From IMG/VR virus record IMGVR_UViG_3300005758_000043: 64,000 nt of DNA. The stretch is one strand, 5' to 3'. This DNA is from a virus (lineage: Duplodnaviria; Heunggongvirae; Uroviricota; Caudoviricetes). The notes beneath the pieces were generated by a model. That model saw only the letters and a program-made list of their open reading frames with translations, ran no database searches and was not told the origin of the DNA. Shown here in pieces: positions 9,546-19,335 of this stretch (position 1 is the stretch's first letter; the number at the start of each line of letters is the position of its first letter). Made by a program: the position numbers and the translations under genes.

Positions 9546-9944
9546 TCATTTTTCAACTAAAGCTTCGACAATCTTTTCCGCGCATTCTGCGAACGATGGA
9601 TAATAAAGCATATTAAACTCTTTTCCATGTTTATCAACGAACCACTGCCAATCTTTGCGAGCTTGATCTGACATTGGAACACCATCTTTTGGGCGAGCTT
9701 CGGTGCATTCACGAATAACATCAATGATTTTGTCTTCTTTGTCTCGGATTGCTGCTTGCAGTTCTGCTTTAGCTGGAAAGACGCATGCACGCATGCTTTT
9801 AAAACCTTCTCCTACTTTTACAAGCCACCAACCTTCACGCAATCCATCGAGCGCATAAGGATCGCTGCAAGGAACGTATTTTTTCCCAACCTTTTTGTAG
9901 AGGCGATGATTTTCTTTTTCGTAAATCCGTGTTGAGGCGTTCAT
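9546..9944 (-). CDS. hypothetical protein
   Basis: 132-aa ORF. The ATG at 9944 is preceded by TTGACA ... TATAGA (9947-9986). Confidence 0.4.
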   Translation of the reverse strand: MNASTRIYEKENHRLYKKVGKKYVPCSDPYALDGLREGWWLVKVGEGFKSMRACVFPAKAELQAAIRDKEDKIIDVIRECTEARPKDGVPMSDQARKDWQWFVDKHGKEFNMLYYPSFAECAEKIVEALVEK

Positions 9945-10191
9945 ATTCTTTTTCTCTATACTGTATTAGATTTCTGATATTGTCAAGATCTTGTTTTTTT
10001 CCTCGCTTGTAAAGTGCCGCAATTCGATACGAATCAATCTCTGTATGAGCTTCTGGAGTAAGAAATAAATCTTGGCCATTGTCATGAACATCAATCATGA
10101 TTGTTTGGACAAACTCAGCATCCAAAGGATAACCTTGTTTATCAAATTTTGTCGCTGGCAAATAAATATCAAATGGAACTTTTTTTATCAT
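9835..10191 (-). CDS. hypothetical protein
   Basis: 118-aa ORF overlapping the next gene and its promoter. Confidence 0.3.
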   Translation of the reverse strand: MIKKVPFDIYLPATKFDKQGYPLDAEFVQTIMIDVHDNGQDLFLTPEAHTEIDSYRIAALYKRGKKQDLDNIRNLIQYREKEYERLNTDLRKRKSSPLQKGWEKIRSLQRSLCARWIA

Positions 10192-10875
10192 TTATCTATG
10201 TTCTTTGATTTCTTCGATAGAAAGAATTGTTGAATAGCAATCTCGGAAGTCAACCCAATGACTGCTGTGAAAATGACCGCAATAGTGTTTTCTTGGCTGG
10301 CACAGTTTAATCAATTCATCATGCTGTATTCTTTCTTTGTGGCATTCGTCCCAAAGAGTAGGATCTTTTTCGCACCACCCAGCGAGTCCTTCTTTGTCGA
10401 AAGGACCAATCCAATAAGGCGCGGAGTGAGTGATCAGAACGTCGCATTTGCCCGCCAATTCAGGTTTAAGAACAAACGTCTCATTTTCCCAATACGAGAC
10501 GCTTGGAACGCGATACAGGCGATCTATGGACGTTGCGCCACCAACAAACAAAAACTCTTCACCATTGATTGTTTCACGATGATAATCAGGCAGCAATTTA
10601 AAATTACTTAAATTAATACGATGCTGTGGATCGTTGAAATAAATTGGATCATCGTGGTTCCCTCTGATAGAAAGAAAAGTAATATCTCGCTTGGCAAAAA
10701 AATCATTTAGATCTTTGCAGCTTTGATGATCGTCTTTTCTAAATCCAATTCCCAAGTCTCCTACGCAAATCAGCCAACACTTTTCGATTTGTTGTTTCCA
10801 AACGAGATCTTTCAAGCGATTAAAAGCGCCATGAATATCGCCAATGATGATAACGGGTTTAATGCAGTTAGACAT
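10192..10875 (-). CDS. Calcineurin-like metallophosphoesterase
   Basis: Motifs GDIHG, GDLGIG and GNHD. Confidence 0.6.
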   Translation of the reverse strand: MSNCIKPVIIIGDIHGAFNRLKDLVWKQQIEKCWLICVGDLGIGFRKDDHQSCKDLNDFFAKRDITFLSIRGNHDDPIYFNDPQHRINLSNFKLLPDYHRETINGEEFLFVGGATSIDRLYRVPSVSYWENETFVLKPELAGKCDVLITHSAPYWIGPFDKEGLAGWCEKDPTLWDECHKERIQHDELIKLCQPRKHYCGHFHSSHWVDFRDCYSTILSIEEIKEHR

Positions 10876-11191
10876 TTTCTGTAATTTTTTCGAGTTTATA
10901 AATACTATTGTTGGTTGTGAAAAGCGAGAACTCCGCAGAGTCGTGAATTTCTACAACAGGACTGGTGCAAAGAATTCCATGTGCGCGAACTCCATTGCGA
11001 TTGTCTCTAGCCATCATAAACAATTCTCCTTTTTTGGGGAATGCCATAGGAAGACCTTCAGCGTAATAATCGACAGGCGGCGAGAATGAATATTTTCTAA
11101 ACAAGTGTTCTCTGTATTGTTCGACCGTATCTGCGCTTGGAGCTTTTGGTTCGGGCGCAGCGGCGATTTTTGTAAGTCGATAGCGTTGCAT
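10868..11191 (-). CDS. hypothetical protein
   Basis: 107-aa ORF downstream of a perfect TTGACA-N17-TATAAT promoter. Confidence 0.4.
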   Translation of the reverse strand: MQRYRLTKIAAAPEPKAPSADTVEQYREHLFRKYSFSPPVDYYAEGLPMAFPKKGELFMMARDNRNGVRAHGILCTSPVVEIHDSAEFSLFTTNNSIYKLEKITENV

Positions 11192-11207
11192 CTTATTAAA
11201 TGAATTT

Positions 11208-11249
11208 CGGATCGGGCAGCATTATACCCCCCGATCCGTGTTTTGTCAA
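11208..11249 (-). promoter_or_regulatory. promoter TTGACA-N17-TATAAT with 9-bp inverted repeat embracing the -10 (possible operator)
   Basis: Perfect consensus hexamers; the hairpin CGGATCGGG/CCCGATCCG flanks the -10. Confidence 0.55.
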
Positions 11250-11257
11250 TTGATTTC

Positions 11258-12487
11258 TTACTTGTTGATGAACTTGGTAGTGTCGAGCAGCGGCATTGCG
11301 CCATTGGTGACAGTTGGCAGCTTACCATCCCACTTTTCAATTTGCTTGCCTTGAACTTCAAGAGCCTTCAGATGCAGATAATTTTCGCCACCTTGAGCCA
11401 CCGCTTGAGTCAGAGAGGCAATGGCCTTAGCTTCGGCTTCTGCCTGAATCTTGCGCTGTTCTGCGACACCTTGAGCTTCCAGAATCACACGCTCATTTTC
11501 CTTCTTTTGCGCGTCAAACTTTGCAAGAGCAACATTCTTTTGCTGTTGTGCAACAAAAACATTGTCGATTGCCTTTTGAATCTCGGGATTTTCATAAGTC
11601 ATACCGCCAAACATGCCGACAGTTGTGATGGTGATGCCTCGTTCTTGGAAGAAAGGAACAATATCATTTCGAACAGCAAGCGCAATTTCATTCTTCTTAT
11701 CGCGCAGTTGGTCCAGCGGCAATTTGGCGCTTTCTTCTGCTGCAACTTGCTGAACGCGACCGCGAATTTCGCTGTCCATTACGCTTGCAAGACTGCCAGA
11801 ACTATACCAATACAGGAATGTCGCAGTATCTTCTTCTTTGATGAATGCGGTGCAATTAAAACCCATTGAAAATCCAACGCTGTCAGAAGATTCGACCCAA
11901 ATGGCAGTATCCTTTCCTTTACTGGAAGCTTCCCAATTTCGCGTAATCGGACTACGATCCACAACAATAACCGATACAGTAGGAATGTATTCACCATTTT
12001 CGGCATGTCGGCCAGTTTGATTCCATCGAGTAGGAATTTCAATTCGCTTGGTTGTTACTTTATGCTTTTCTAGCTGCTCTTTTGAATTGAGCTTGGCCTG
12101 ATTGCCAACGTCACCTTCCAGAGGAATAACAAACGCGGTTTCATTATTGCCAATTTCCTTATAAACAGGCTTCTGATACGGCTTACAAGACGCCAGAAAC
12201 GGAATCATGCACGCTGCAATCATGGCAACAGGGGTCTTTTTGAGCAAATCTCGGAATGAGAAAAGCGCAATAGCCGCCACAATAATTGACCAGATCAGTC
12301 CAATGTGCGACTGGATGAATCCAACGGAATGTTGAGCAATAAACTCGGCATTCCCGCCATTCACGGAATTGACTGCCAGTTGATTGTTCACAACGGTCGA
12401 AGCTCCACTATTAAAGTAGGCATTCAGGGTAATGTTGCCGATGACCCAAGCGAGTCCCAGCGCAATTGCTTTTGTAGTTTTAGTCAT
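11258..12487 (-). CDS. SPFH/band-7 (HflK/C-like) membrane protein
   Basis: N-terminal transmembrane segments. The C-terminal coiled region, rich in A/E/K/Q repeats, is typical of the SPFH family. Confidence 0.45.
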   Translation of the reverse strand: MTKTTKAIALGLAWVIGNITLNAYFNSGASTVVNNQLAVNSVNGGNAEFIAQHSVGFIQSHIGLIWSIIVAAIALFSFRDLLKKTPVAMIAACMIPFLASCKPYQKPVYKEIGNNETAFVIPLEGDVGNQAKLNSKEQLEKHKVTTKRIEIPTRWNQTGRHAENGEYIPTVSVIVVDRSPITRNWEASSKGKDTAIWVESSDSVGFSMGFNCTAFIKEEDTATFLYWYSSGSLASVMDSEIRGRVQQVAAEESAKLPLDQLRDKKNEIALAVRNDIVPFFQERGITITTVGMFGGMTYENPEIQKAIDNVFVAQQQKNVALAKFDAQKKENERVILEAQGVAEQRKIQAEAEAKAIASLTQAVAQGGENYLHLKALEVQGKQIEKWDGKLPTVTNGAMPLLDTTKFINK

Positions 12488-12962
12488 TTTTTGTTTTTTT
12501 GTTTTGATTGCCGTGAGGCGATTACGACCCCTTTATACAGCAGGTTTTGGAGAATGCAAGCGTTTTTTTGCGGAAATCAAAAAAGCCTGAGAGTTTTAAT
12601 GATTAAAATATATATTACCACGTAGGCAGCAATTACTAAAAACGCGCAGGCTGTAATGATGGTCAGCACCCAATCCCATAGCGGAAGTGATAGTATATAT
12701 TTACTCTATATCGTTTTTCAATATTTTCCATTTATTAATATAAACAAATTCTTGCCAAGCACGCTGGCAACTTTTTTGTAAAACATCTAATCTTTCTTCG
12801 TCAATTAATTTTTGTGAAACGATAATTGAACTCGATTCTCCTTTGCCTTTGGGTGGAGAAATTGTAATGACTGTATTCTCTTCTAAATTCATGTCTTTCA
12901 TTTATGATTGTATATTTTCTTTCCTTTGACGTAGTAGTAAATCGGTCCTCTAGCATAATTAC

Positions 12963-13382
12963 TTAGAGTAAGGGAAGATGGTCTGTGAGGTCTTCAAATT
13001 TATGACAAAAATGCGGACCAATCGCTAGCGCAGTAAATGTCTTCACTCCATTAAATTCGGTCGCTCCGTTGTCCTCAATGAGGTATGAGATAAGTCCATT
13101 GTCAAGAGCTTTTTGATGAAGTTCATGAAGTTCTTCTTCGCTGTTGACATAGACACAAATCTTACGAAAGGAGTTTTCGAGCCAATGAGTAATTTCCTCA
13201 GCTTGTTCGGTATTGTAGTGTCGAGTCTCAAAAACACCCAATGTGGTTGAATAGTCATGCGTGTAGCTGGCTCGCATACCTTTGGTTAGGAACGCCATAC
13301 TTGCATGTGACGCTTGCGCAGCGATCTTTCCAGTCCGCATGTTCAGGTCTTTGCGGATGACTATGACTTGTTTAGTGTTCAT
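12963..13382 (-). CDS. Peptidyl-tRNA hydrolase, PTH2 family
   Basis: KQVIVIRKDLNMRTGKIAAQASHAS matches the PTH2 core. Confidence 0.6.
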   Translation of the reverse strand: MNTKQVIVIRKDLNMRTGKIAAQASHASMAFLTKGMRASYTHDYSTTLGVFETRHYNTEQAEEITHWLENSFRKICVYVNSEEELHELHQKALDNGLISYLIEDNGATEFNGVKTFTALAIGPHFCHKFEDLTDHLPLL

Positions 13383-13864
13383 GCTATTTCCAAACTATAA
13401 GATGGACCTCTTTTACAAAAAGTAAATCTTCCTTCAATAATACCTTTATCCATAAAAGCAACAGCGTCATCAAAACGACTAGCAAACATAGAATAAGTCC
13501 TTTGATTAATTAAACTCTGGAAACTAAAAGAAACGGAATATCTGCTTTTGTGACAAGCAATGTATTTTATTTTATCGTCAAATTCGAAATTAGGAATATA
13601 AAGAAAACGCGGAATAGTAGCAATAACATCACGGCGATATGGCAACGGCTGATCCAAATAATTGATTTCAAAATCAGCAGGTGGATTATCAACAAGCTTC
13701 ATTACCCATTGTTTTTTAGTCTCGTCAAAAGTTGGCAGATGCAAAAGCCCATGTTGAAAATTATCTTTAGTAAGATAAATTGATTGATGAGCGGCGTCAT
13801 GATCAGAAGGATTGCCAAAATAATCAAATGGAATATTGCCAAGGAATTTTTTTGTTTTTTTCAT
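13379..13864 (-). CDS. hypothetical protein
   Basis: 161-aa ORF. Confidence 0.35.
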   Translation of the reverse strand: MKKTKKFLGNIPFDYFGNPSDHDAAHQSIYLTKDNFQHGLLHLPTFDETKKQWVMKLVDNPPADFEINYLDQPLPYRRDVIATIPRFLYIPNFEFDDKIKYIACHKSRYSVSFSFQSLINQRTYSMFASRFDDAVAFMDKGIIEGRFTFCKRGPSYSLEIA

Positions 13865-13867
13865 AAT

Positions 13868-14326
13868 TTAATTTCCAAATTTACAAGTAATAGGATTTAT
13901 CCAAGGAGAATTACAAACATGATCTTTTGCACTTACTGATACTTGCCCGCAAAGGCTGCACAGATACCATCCTCCATTTTTTATTGTTTTTGATTTTGGC
14001 CATAGCTCGCCGCTAGGCTTCTTTTTTAAAGCTTCTTCAAGAGCCTGCAAAGCTTTTTCTTGTTCTATTTGCTCTAGTTTTAGTTTAAGTTTTAAATTTT
14101 CTTCTACAAGCAATTCAATTTGCTGATCCATTTTATTCGGCCAACCCAAAGCTTGTTGGGCAATTTCTTTTGCGTATTTTGAGCCTTGAGCAATGGTCTG
14201 CAATGCCTCTGTTTTTTGTCTCTCAAGCCTGCAAATAACATCGTATTTATGACTCAAATCCGAGATCAGTTTTTCCGCATCTTCTAATTTTTCACCTATA
14301 CTTCTTCTTTCATCTTGAACACTCAT
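13868..14326 (-). CDS. hypothetical coiled-coil protein with C-terminal Cys4 zinc ribbon
   Basis: Heptad-like E/K/L-rich region; C-terminal CSLCG...CNSP...C. Confidence 0.35.
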   Translation of the reverse strand: MSVQDERRSIGEKLEDAEKLISDLSHKYDVICRLERQKTEALQTIAQGSKYAKEIAQQALGWPNKMDQQIELLVEENLKLKLKLEQIEQEKALQALEEALKKKPSGELWPKSKTIKNGGWYLCSLCGQVSVSAKDHVCNSPWINPITCKFGN

Positions 14327-14355
14327 AATTTTTTATATTTAAAACCAAAAACCAA

Positions 14356-14395
14356 ACGCTGCATTAGACGATGCAGCATATTTGGATAACGATAT
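14356..14395 (-). terminator. terminator-like hairpin downstream of the RlpA-like gene
   Basis: Stem GCTGCA/TGCAGC followed by GTTTGGTTTTTGGTTTT. Confidence 0.4.
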
Positions 14396-14408
14396 TGATC
14401 AGTTAGTA

Positions 14409-14855
14409 TCACCCTAAACCCATCGCAGACATCAAGCGTGAAACTTGGTTTCGGAGAAACAACATTGTTTTTTGAGTTTTTGACTGTATGATATTGCATT
14501 TTTGATTTGTTTGTTGCGACGAATTATCCACAACTTCAATTTTTACTTTAGCGATGCCCTGCTTATGGAAGCCAAGCTGTTTAGCAGCGGCCTGAGAAAC
14601 ATCCAAAATTCTTCCTTTGCAATAAGGTCCGCGATCTGTGATTTTGACCACGGCAGTTTTATTGTTTTTTAAATTGGTGACTTTAACCAAAGTTCCGAAT
14701 TTTAAAGTTTTGTGCGCGGCAGTTAATTTAGAATCCACAAGACGTTCGCCGCTGGCTGTTTTTGTGCCAGTTTTTGTAGAATAATGAGACGCAACGCCAA
14801 CCTCTGAACAGTTAGCAACTGCAATCATTGCAAGTAAAAAGAGTAGTTGTTTCAT
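14409..14855 (-). CDS. RlpA-like double-psi beta-barrel lytic transglycosylase domain protein, secreted
   Basis: Signal peptide, then ASHYS ... AAHKTLKFGT ... VTN ... ITDRGP ... ILDVSQAAA, the DPBB/RlpA pattern. Confidence 0.6.
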   Translation of the reverse strand: MKQLLFLLAMIAVANCSEVGVASHYSTKTGTKTASGERLVDSKLTAAHKTLKFGTLVKVTNLKNNKTAVVKITDRGPYCKGRILDVSQAAAKQLGFHKQGIAKVKIEVVDNSSQQTNQKCNIIQSKTQKTMLFLRNQVSRLMSAMGLG

Positions 14856-15348
14856 ATGTTTATTCTTTTTTAATCAAACGATAATCCCATGAATAATTTT
14901 GAAAATCAAATTTTCTTTCAATGGTTGTGAGCCATACAAAAGCGTTTTTAAATCTATCTTCAGTTTTCACAATTCGAGGCCGTAAACAAAAAAATTTATG
15001 CCATTTAGTTATTCTTTCGAGCCGTCCAGAATATGATTCGATTCGTATCTTCATAATTAATCTTCCCATTCGATCATCGGGCAATGATAGCTTTGTAAAA
15101 CTTAGCGTGCCAAGAAGTGCGTTTGATTTTCATTTGATTTTAGTTAAACAGTTTAGAAAAAGCCCAGAACAATCCAAAAAGAATTGCCGACATGAGAGAA
15201 ACAATAGTGCCGAGTGCAGCGACAAAGTATCTGACATTGAACCAACTTGCGCTGTCACTAACCCTAGTAAACATTAAATTGAGAACAAATAAAGTGATGA
15301 ACGCAAAAAAAGAAATTGTGGAAGTTAGAAAATAGTTAAGAATTGTCA

Positions 15349-15870
15349 TTATTTATCAGATGAATTTTTTTCAAGCAGAAATCTCTGAACATCTTTTTCA
15401 AAAGAATCGTCTGGAAAATTAACTCCATAATAATCTCTGATATGAAAGTAACGATCTTCGGTGATGCCAATCATGTCAATCTTCTTTGGATTGTCTCGGT
15501 AAGGAAGATTATCAATCAGAACATTTTTGATATTTGCCGTCTTATGAGGCACGACGCCAGTTCCAGCATAAGCAAGCGAATATGTATGATTGCGAATATC
15601 TTCGAGAGCAATGATATGATCATGTTCAAAACCCCAGTCAGCAAGACGATTTACTTCTCTTGCATAATCAGTGGTTGCAGTCGTTAGAATATAAACATTG
15701 TCTGCGCCAACAAGCTCACGGCTGAAATCAATCAATGCTTTAGCGCATGGCCGAATCATTGTGTAGTAATTAGCATCATCCAAAGCAAGGACAACATGTT
15801 CCTGATTTGGTGCACTCATTACGGTATGAATGAGCGTTTCATCAATATCCCAAAAAATTTTATTAATCAT
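15349..15870 (-). CDS. HAD-superfamily phosphatase
   Basis: N-terminal DxDxT motif (FWDIDETL). Confidence 0.5.
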   Translation of the reverse strand: MINKIFWDIDETLIHTVMSAPNQEHVVLALDDANYYTMIRPCAKALIDFSRELVGADNVYILTTATTDYAREVNRLADWGFEHDHIIALEDIRNHTYSLAYAGTGVVPHKTANIKNVLIDNLPYRDNPKKIDMIGITEDRYFHIRDYYGVNFPDDSFEKDVQRFLLEKNSSDK

Positions 15871-16309
15871 TGATTAGTGAGGTTAGTGTTTCCCTGATTT
15901 CTTTTGCTCCCCAGAAGTTCGCTGAGTGAACGAATGTTTTGATGTTCACATCATCGCCTAAATTCTTGAGTTTGTCAACCAAAAATTCCGCGCAATGCTT
16001 TCCTGTTTTGATCTTCAGTTCGTCGTAATGAATCTTTCCTGTTTTGGATGTTACGTCAAAATAGTGATCCAAATGTTCTTCTGATAAGTCATGATCGAAG
16101 CTGACCACATCTGGAATTCCATTCTTTTCAATCATCGCCACAAATTGATCATAGGAACGCACAATTTCCCAATTGTCGTTTGGAATACCCGAAATTTGTT
16201 CAAGCGATTGACCAGAAATAATTTGTTTCTGTTCGTTGCGTCTTGGATAAATCCAAGCGTCTTTTGGCATGCGAATATCATCCAAAAATAAATTGTAAGG
16301 TTGTTTCAT
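15863..16309 (-). CDS. hypothetical protein
   Basis: 148-aa ORF. Confidence 0.35.
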   Translation of the reverse strand: MKQPYNLFLDDIRMPKDAWIYPRRNEQKQIISGQSLEQISGIPNDNWEIVRSYDQFVAMIEKNGIPDVVSFDHDLSEEHLDHYFDVTSKTGKIHYDELKIKTGKHCAEFLVDKLKNLGDDVNIKTFVHSANFWGAKEIRETLTSLIND

Positions 16310-16337
16310 TGTTTTAATTTTAATTAAAAAATTTTAC

Positions 16338-16375
16338 GACTCTCCCAAGAAATTTCAGGAGAGCCGCAAATTGTA
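16338..16375 (-). terminator. terminator-like hairpin downstream of rtcB
   Basis: Stem CTCTCC/GGAGAG followed by a T-rich tract on the minus strand. Confidence 0.4.
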
Positions 16376-16382
16376 TTGATTT

Positions 16383-17591
16383 TTAATCCTTGTAAGGATC
16401 AAAGGTTTCTGAGCCAGCCATTGCTACTCCAATAGGAGTGAGAACATGGAGAATGCGAATAGTATCATGTTGAGCAAGCAAGACATCCCCCAGACGCTTG
16501 TAGCAATGTGGAGATTCGTCAACACCTGCTCCTCGCAAGACAACTCCTGCGCGATTAACCCATTCATCCATCATTGCCTGAGAAACCTTTCCTTCAGAAA
16601 TGCGAGTCTTTACTCCACCTTTCCACTTGACCTTGCCAGCCGCTTCATTTCGCGACATAACGCGACCTGCACCGTGAACGGTCGAATATAGAGAAGCAGA
16701 AGAAAATTCAGACTCAGCACCTTCAAGAATAACTGAGTTTTCTCCCATAGTGCCGCCGACAAAACCACGCTGATTAGGAAAAGCTGGAGTCGCTCCCTTG
16801 CGAACAACCCACAAATCTTCGCCACCATGATTTTCATACCAAGCAAAGTTATGATGATTATGAACTTCGTCCACAATATCCCCGCCAATGATGCGAGCAA
16901 CTTCGCGGCATACCCAATCGCGACCAGCGTAAGCATACTGACCAGCAAGATTCATTGCGGCGATGTATTCGCGGCCCAAATCAGAATTGGTGTCAAGCAC
17001 AACAGGATCTACAAACATTCCATCAGTTCCGCCACCAGCCTTGATATAATGCGATGCAATCTTATGACCAAGACCTCGCGATCCAAAGTGGACACCCACC
17101 CACACGCGACCCAATTCGTCATAAAAAATATCAACATAATGATTTCCAGAACCAACAGTCCCAAGCTGATTGCGAGCCATATCCTTTAGAGGCTTGATAG
17201 AATCAAGATCATTCCAAAGAGGATCGGAAAAAAGAGCATGATCTGAAACATCTTCTTGACCAGCGATATGTCGAGACTTTGAAACGCGACCAATACCGAA
17301 CGAAATATTTCTAGCTACTTCGTCCATGATGCGCTCCATATCCGATGCAATTTGTCCGTAATGAACATTCAATCGCACGGCCTTATTGCCACATCCAATA
17401 TCGAATCCAACTCCAGAAGGAGAAATACCGTTTCGATAAGCGACAACGCCACCGACAGGCACGCTATAGCCCAAGTGATGATCTGCCATTAGAGCAGCGC
17501 GAGCCGCACCCTTAGCAAGAACATTCTTCATTTGGTCAACGGCGTTCTGAATTGGTTCGCCAAAGATGGAGATGTTTTCAATCGTTTGCAT
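16383..17591 (-). CDS. rtcB: RNA 3'-phosphate/5'-OH ligase RtcB
   Basis: Motifs ADHHLGYSVPVGGV, GFDIGCGN and HGAGR. The ORF-track start (17615) lies inside the TTGACA/TATTGT promoter. The true start is the MQTIEN Met at ~17591, giving a leaderless mRNA. Confidence 0.8.
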   Translation of the reverse strand: MQTIENISIFGEPIQNAVDQMKNVLAKGAARAALMADHHLGYSVPVGGVVAYRNGISPSGVGFDIGCGNKAVRLNVHYGQIASDMERIMDEVARNISFGIGRVSKSRHIAGQEDVSDHALFSDPLWNDLDSIKPLKDMARNQLGTVGSGNHYVDIFYDELGRVWVGVHFGSRGLGHKIASHYIKAGGGTDGMFVDPVVLDTNSDLGREYIAAMNLAGQYAYAGRDWVCREVARIIGGDIVDEVHNHHNFAWYENHGGEDLWVVRKGATPAFPNQRGFVGGTMGENSVILEGAESEFSSASLYSTVHGAGRVMSRNEAAGKVKWKGGVKTRISEGKVSQAMMDEWVNRAGVVLRGAGVDESPHCYKRLGDVLLAQHDTIRILHVLTPIGVAMAGSETFDPYKD

Positions 17592-17597
17592 AAAGCG

Positions 17598-17626
17598 ACA
17601 ATACTCAAGATTCACTCAATTGTCAA
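17598..17626 (-). promoter_or_regulatory. promoter TTGACA-N17-TATTGT driving leaderless rtcB
   Basis: The -10 ends 6 nt before the ATG at 17591. Confidence 0.5.
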
Positions 17627-17882
17627 CAATTTTTGGTAAAATATTCAGAAACTTGAATTCTACCGACTTGTTAATTTACTTTGATTGTTTGTTTGCCGAT
17701 TTCATCAATCACTTGGCCATCACACAATAATCGGTATTCGTATCTTTGATTATAATAAGCTTTTAACATGGACCATGCTCCTTCAGCAAAAGATTTTCTC
17801 ATGCAGGAGAATCCTGCCAGTTTACTCCATTTGTCAATAGGAGGTGCCATGTAAAATTCAATATCGTAATACTTTTGAGCTT

Positions 17883-18248
17883 TCATGATTCTAATAGTTC
17901 TGGATTTTCAAAGATGTTGCCGATTACCTCTCCGTATAGACATGATCTATAAGTATCCATGAAATTTCCTCCGTATTTGCTGGTTAACATGAAAGAGCCG
18001 TATTGAAAATTAGCCTTTCCTAATGCCCCTTCATGTTCACCGTAGCCAACTTTCACAATATCCCCTTCGTAAATCTCCACTTCATTCTTGTCTTTTAGAC
18101 CTGTGTATTGTTGAATAACGCAATTCTCATCTTCAAAGTTCCATAAACAATCTTCTATGTCAATAATACTTCCTTTATTTGTAATAGCGAAATTATTATC
18201 GAGAAATTTATGTCCATTCCAAACTCTAAATTTAATTTCTCTACTCAT
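17883..18248 (-). CDS. YopX-family phage protein
   Basis: KFRVW ... YEGDIV ... GNIFENPELLE is typical of YopX. Confidence 0.55.
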   Translation of the reverse strand: MSREIKFRVWNGHKFLDNNFAITNKGSIIDIEDCLWNFEDENCVIQQYTGLKDKNEVEIYEGDIVKVGYGEHEGALGKANFQYGSFMLTSKYGGNFMDTYRSCLYGEVIGNIFENPELLES

Positions 18249-18622
18249 GATTCATAGTCTTCTTGATATTCATTTACGCCACATTCTTTACACTGATCCC
18301 AAAGTAAGCCCGATCCTCCACGCTGCCAATCTCCTCTTTTCAGGTAATGGCAATATCCGTTATCTTGTGTCGGAAAGTCAACAATCTTGTCCCAAAATGG
18401 GCAGACTTTGAATACGCCATTGACACGATTATAGCAATAGTTACCTTCAGGAATCAGTTTAGCACACTGTTCTTTCGTTAACTCAGCTTGATTGAGTTTA
18501 GCGCAATCTTTATGATCACACATCCTAGAAAACTCACTAATATCTTCATGGATTGAAGATTCATCTGCTCCGAGTTCAAGCAATTTTTGCTTTTCGGCGT
18601 ATGTAAGGTAAATTTCAGACAC
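18245..18622 (-). CDS. Cys-rich hypothetical protein
   Basis: Multiple CxxC pairs. Confidence 0.3.
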   Translation of the reverse strand: MSEIYLTYAEKQKLLELGADESSIHEDISEFSRMCDHKDCAKLNQAELTKEQCAKLIPEGNYCYNRVNGVFKVCPFWDKIVDFPTQDNGYCHYLKRGDWQRGGSGLLWDQCKECGVNEYQEDYES

Positions 18623-19279
18623 GACAAATAACTTTTCGATTCAGATTTAAAGTAAATGGACTACAGCTTGGACACGGACAACTCAATGCATGAATACAAT
18701 AGCTGCCGTCTGCTTTACGTCCAGTTCCATGACAGGCTGAACATGTTTTATGCAAGCATGTTGGTCCTTGCTCATCAATTTTGCTTAGATCTATTGTGAT
18801 TGTGTATGTCATGATTATCGAAATTCTGGATTTTCAAATGTAATTGAATGTGGACCGTCGATACACTTCAACCAATCAGGATAACTTCCATACATGGGAT
18901 TATCATAATCGTCTCCGTATTGAATGTCAATCCATTTCTGGAATTCGTCCCTCATTTCAAGAGGGAAATAATACCAGTGACCGTCATCGTCACAATCAAT
19001 GATATATTTTTGCCTATTAGTCATTTATCACCCCCATTACTGTGCTTTGAACAAGTCGTTTTTGAAATTCTTTATAAGAAATTAGCGTATCCATAGTCAC
19101 GCCATCATCATAACGCCATCCATCAGGATCGAGCATTCTGACGCTTTCATCTTTTAACCATTCATGCGCACTTTTCTTTGCAAAAATACGATCATGATTT
19201 TTCCTACCTTCTGATGAAAGAGTTTTTGATTTAATTTCGTCTCCTGTAATTGAATTGCGAGAAGCCATTTTTTTATATT

Positions 19280-19318
19280 TTTTTTAAAAAAAAGGGGAGG
19301 AGTTTCCCCCTCCCCTTT
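19280..19318 (-). terminator. rho-independent terminator
   Basis: GC-rich hairpin GGGGAGGGGG-AAACT-CCTCCCC followed by a T9 run on the minus strand. Confidence 0.6.
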
Positions 19319-19335
19319 CCTATACTCAACAACAG

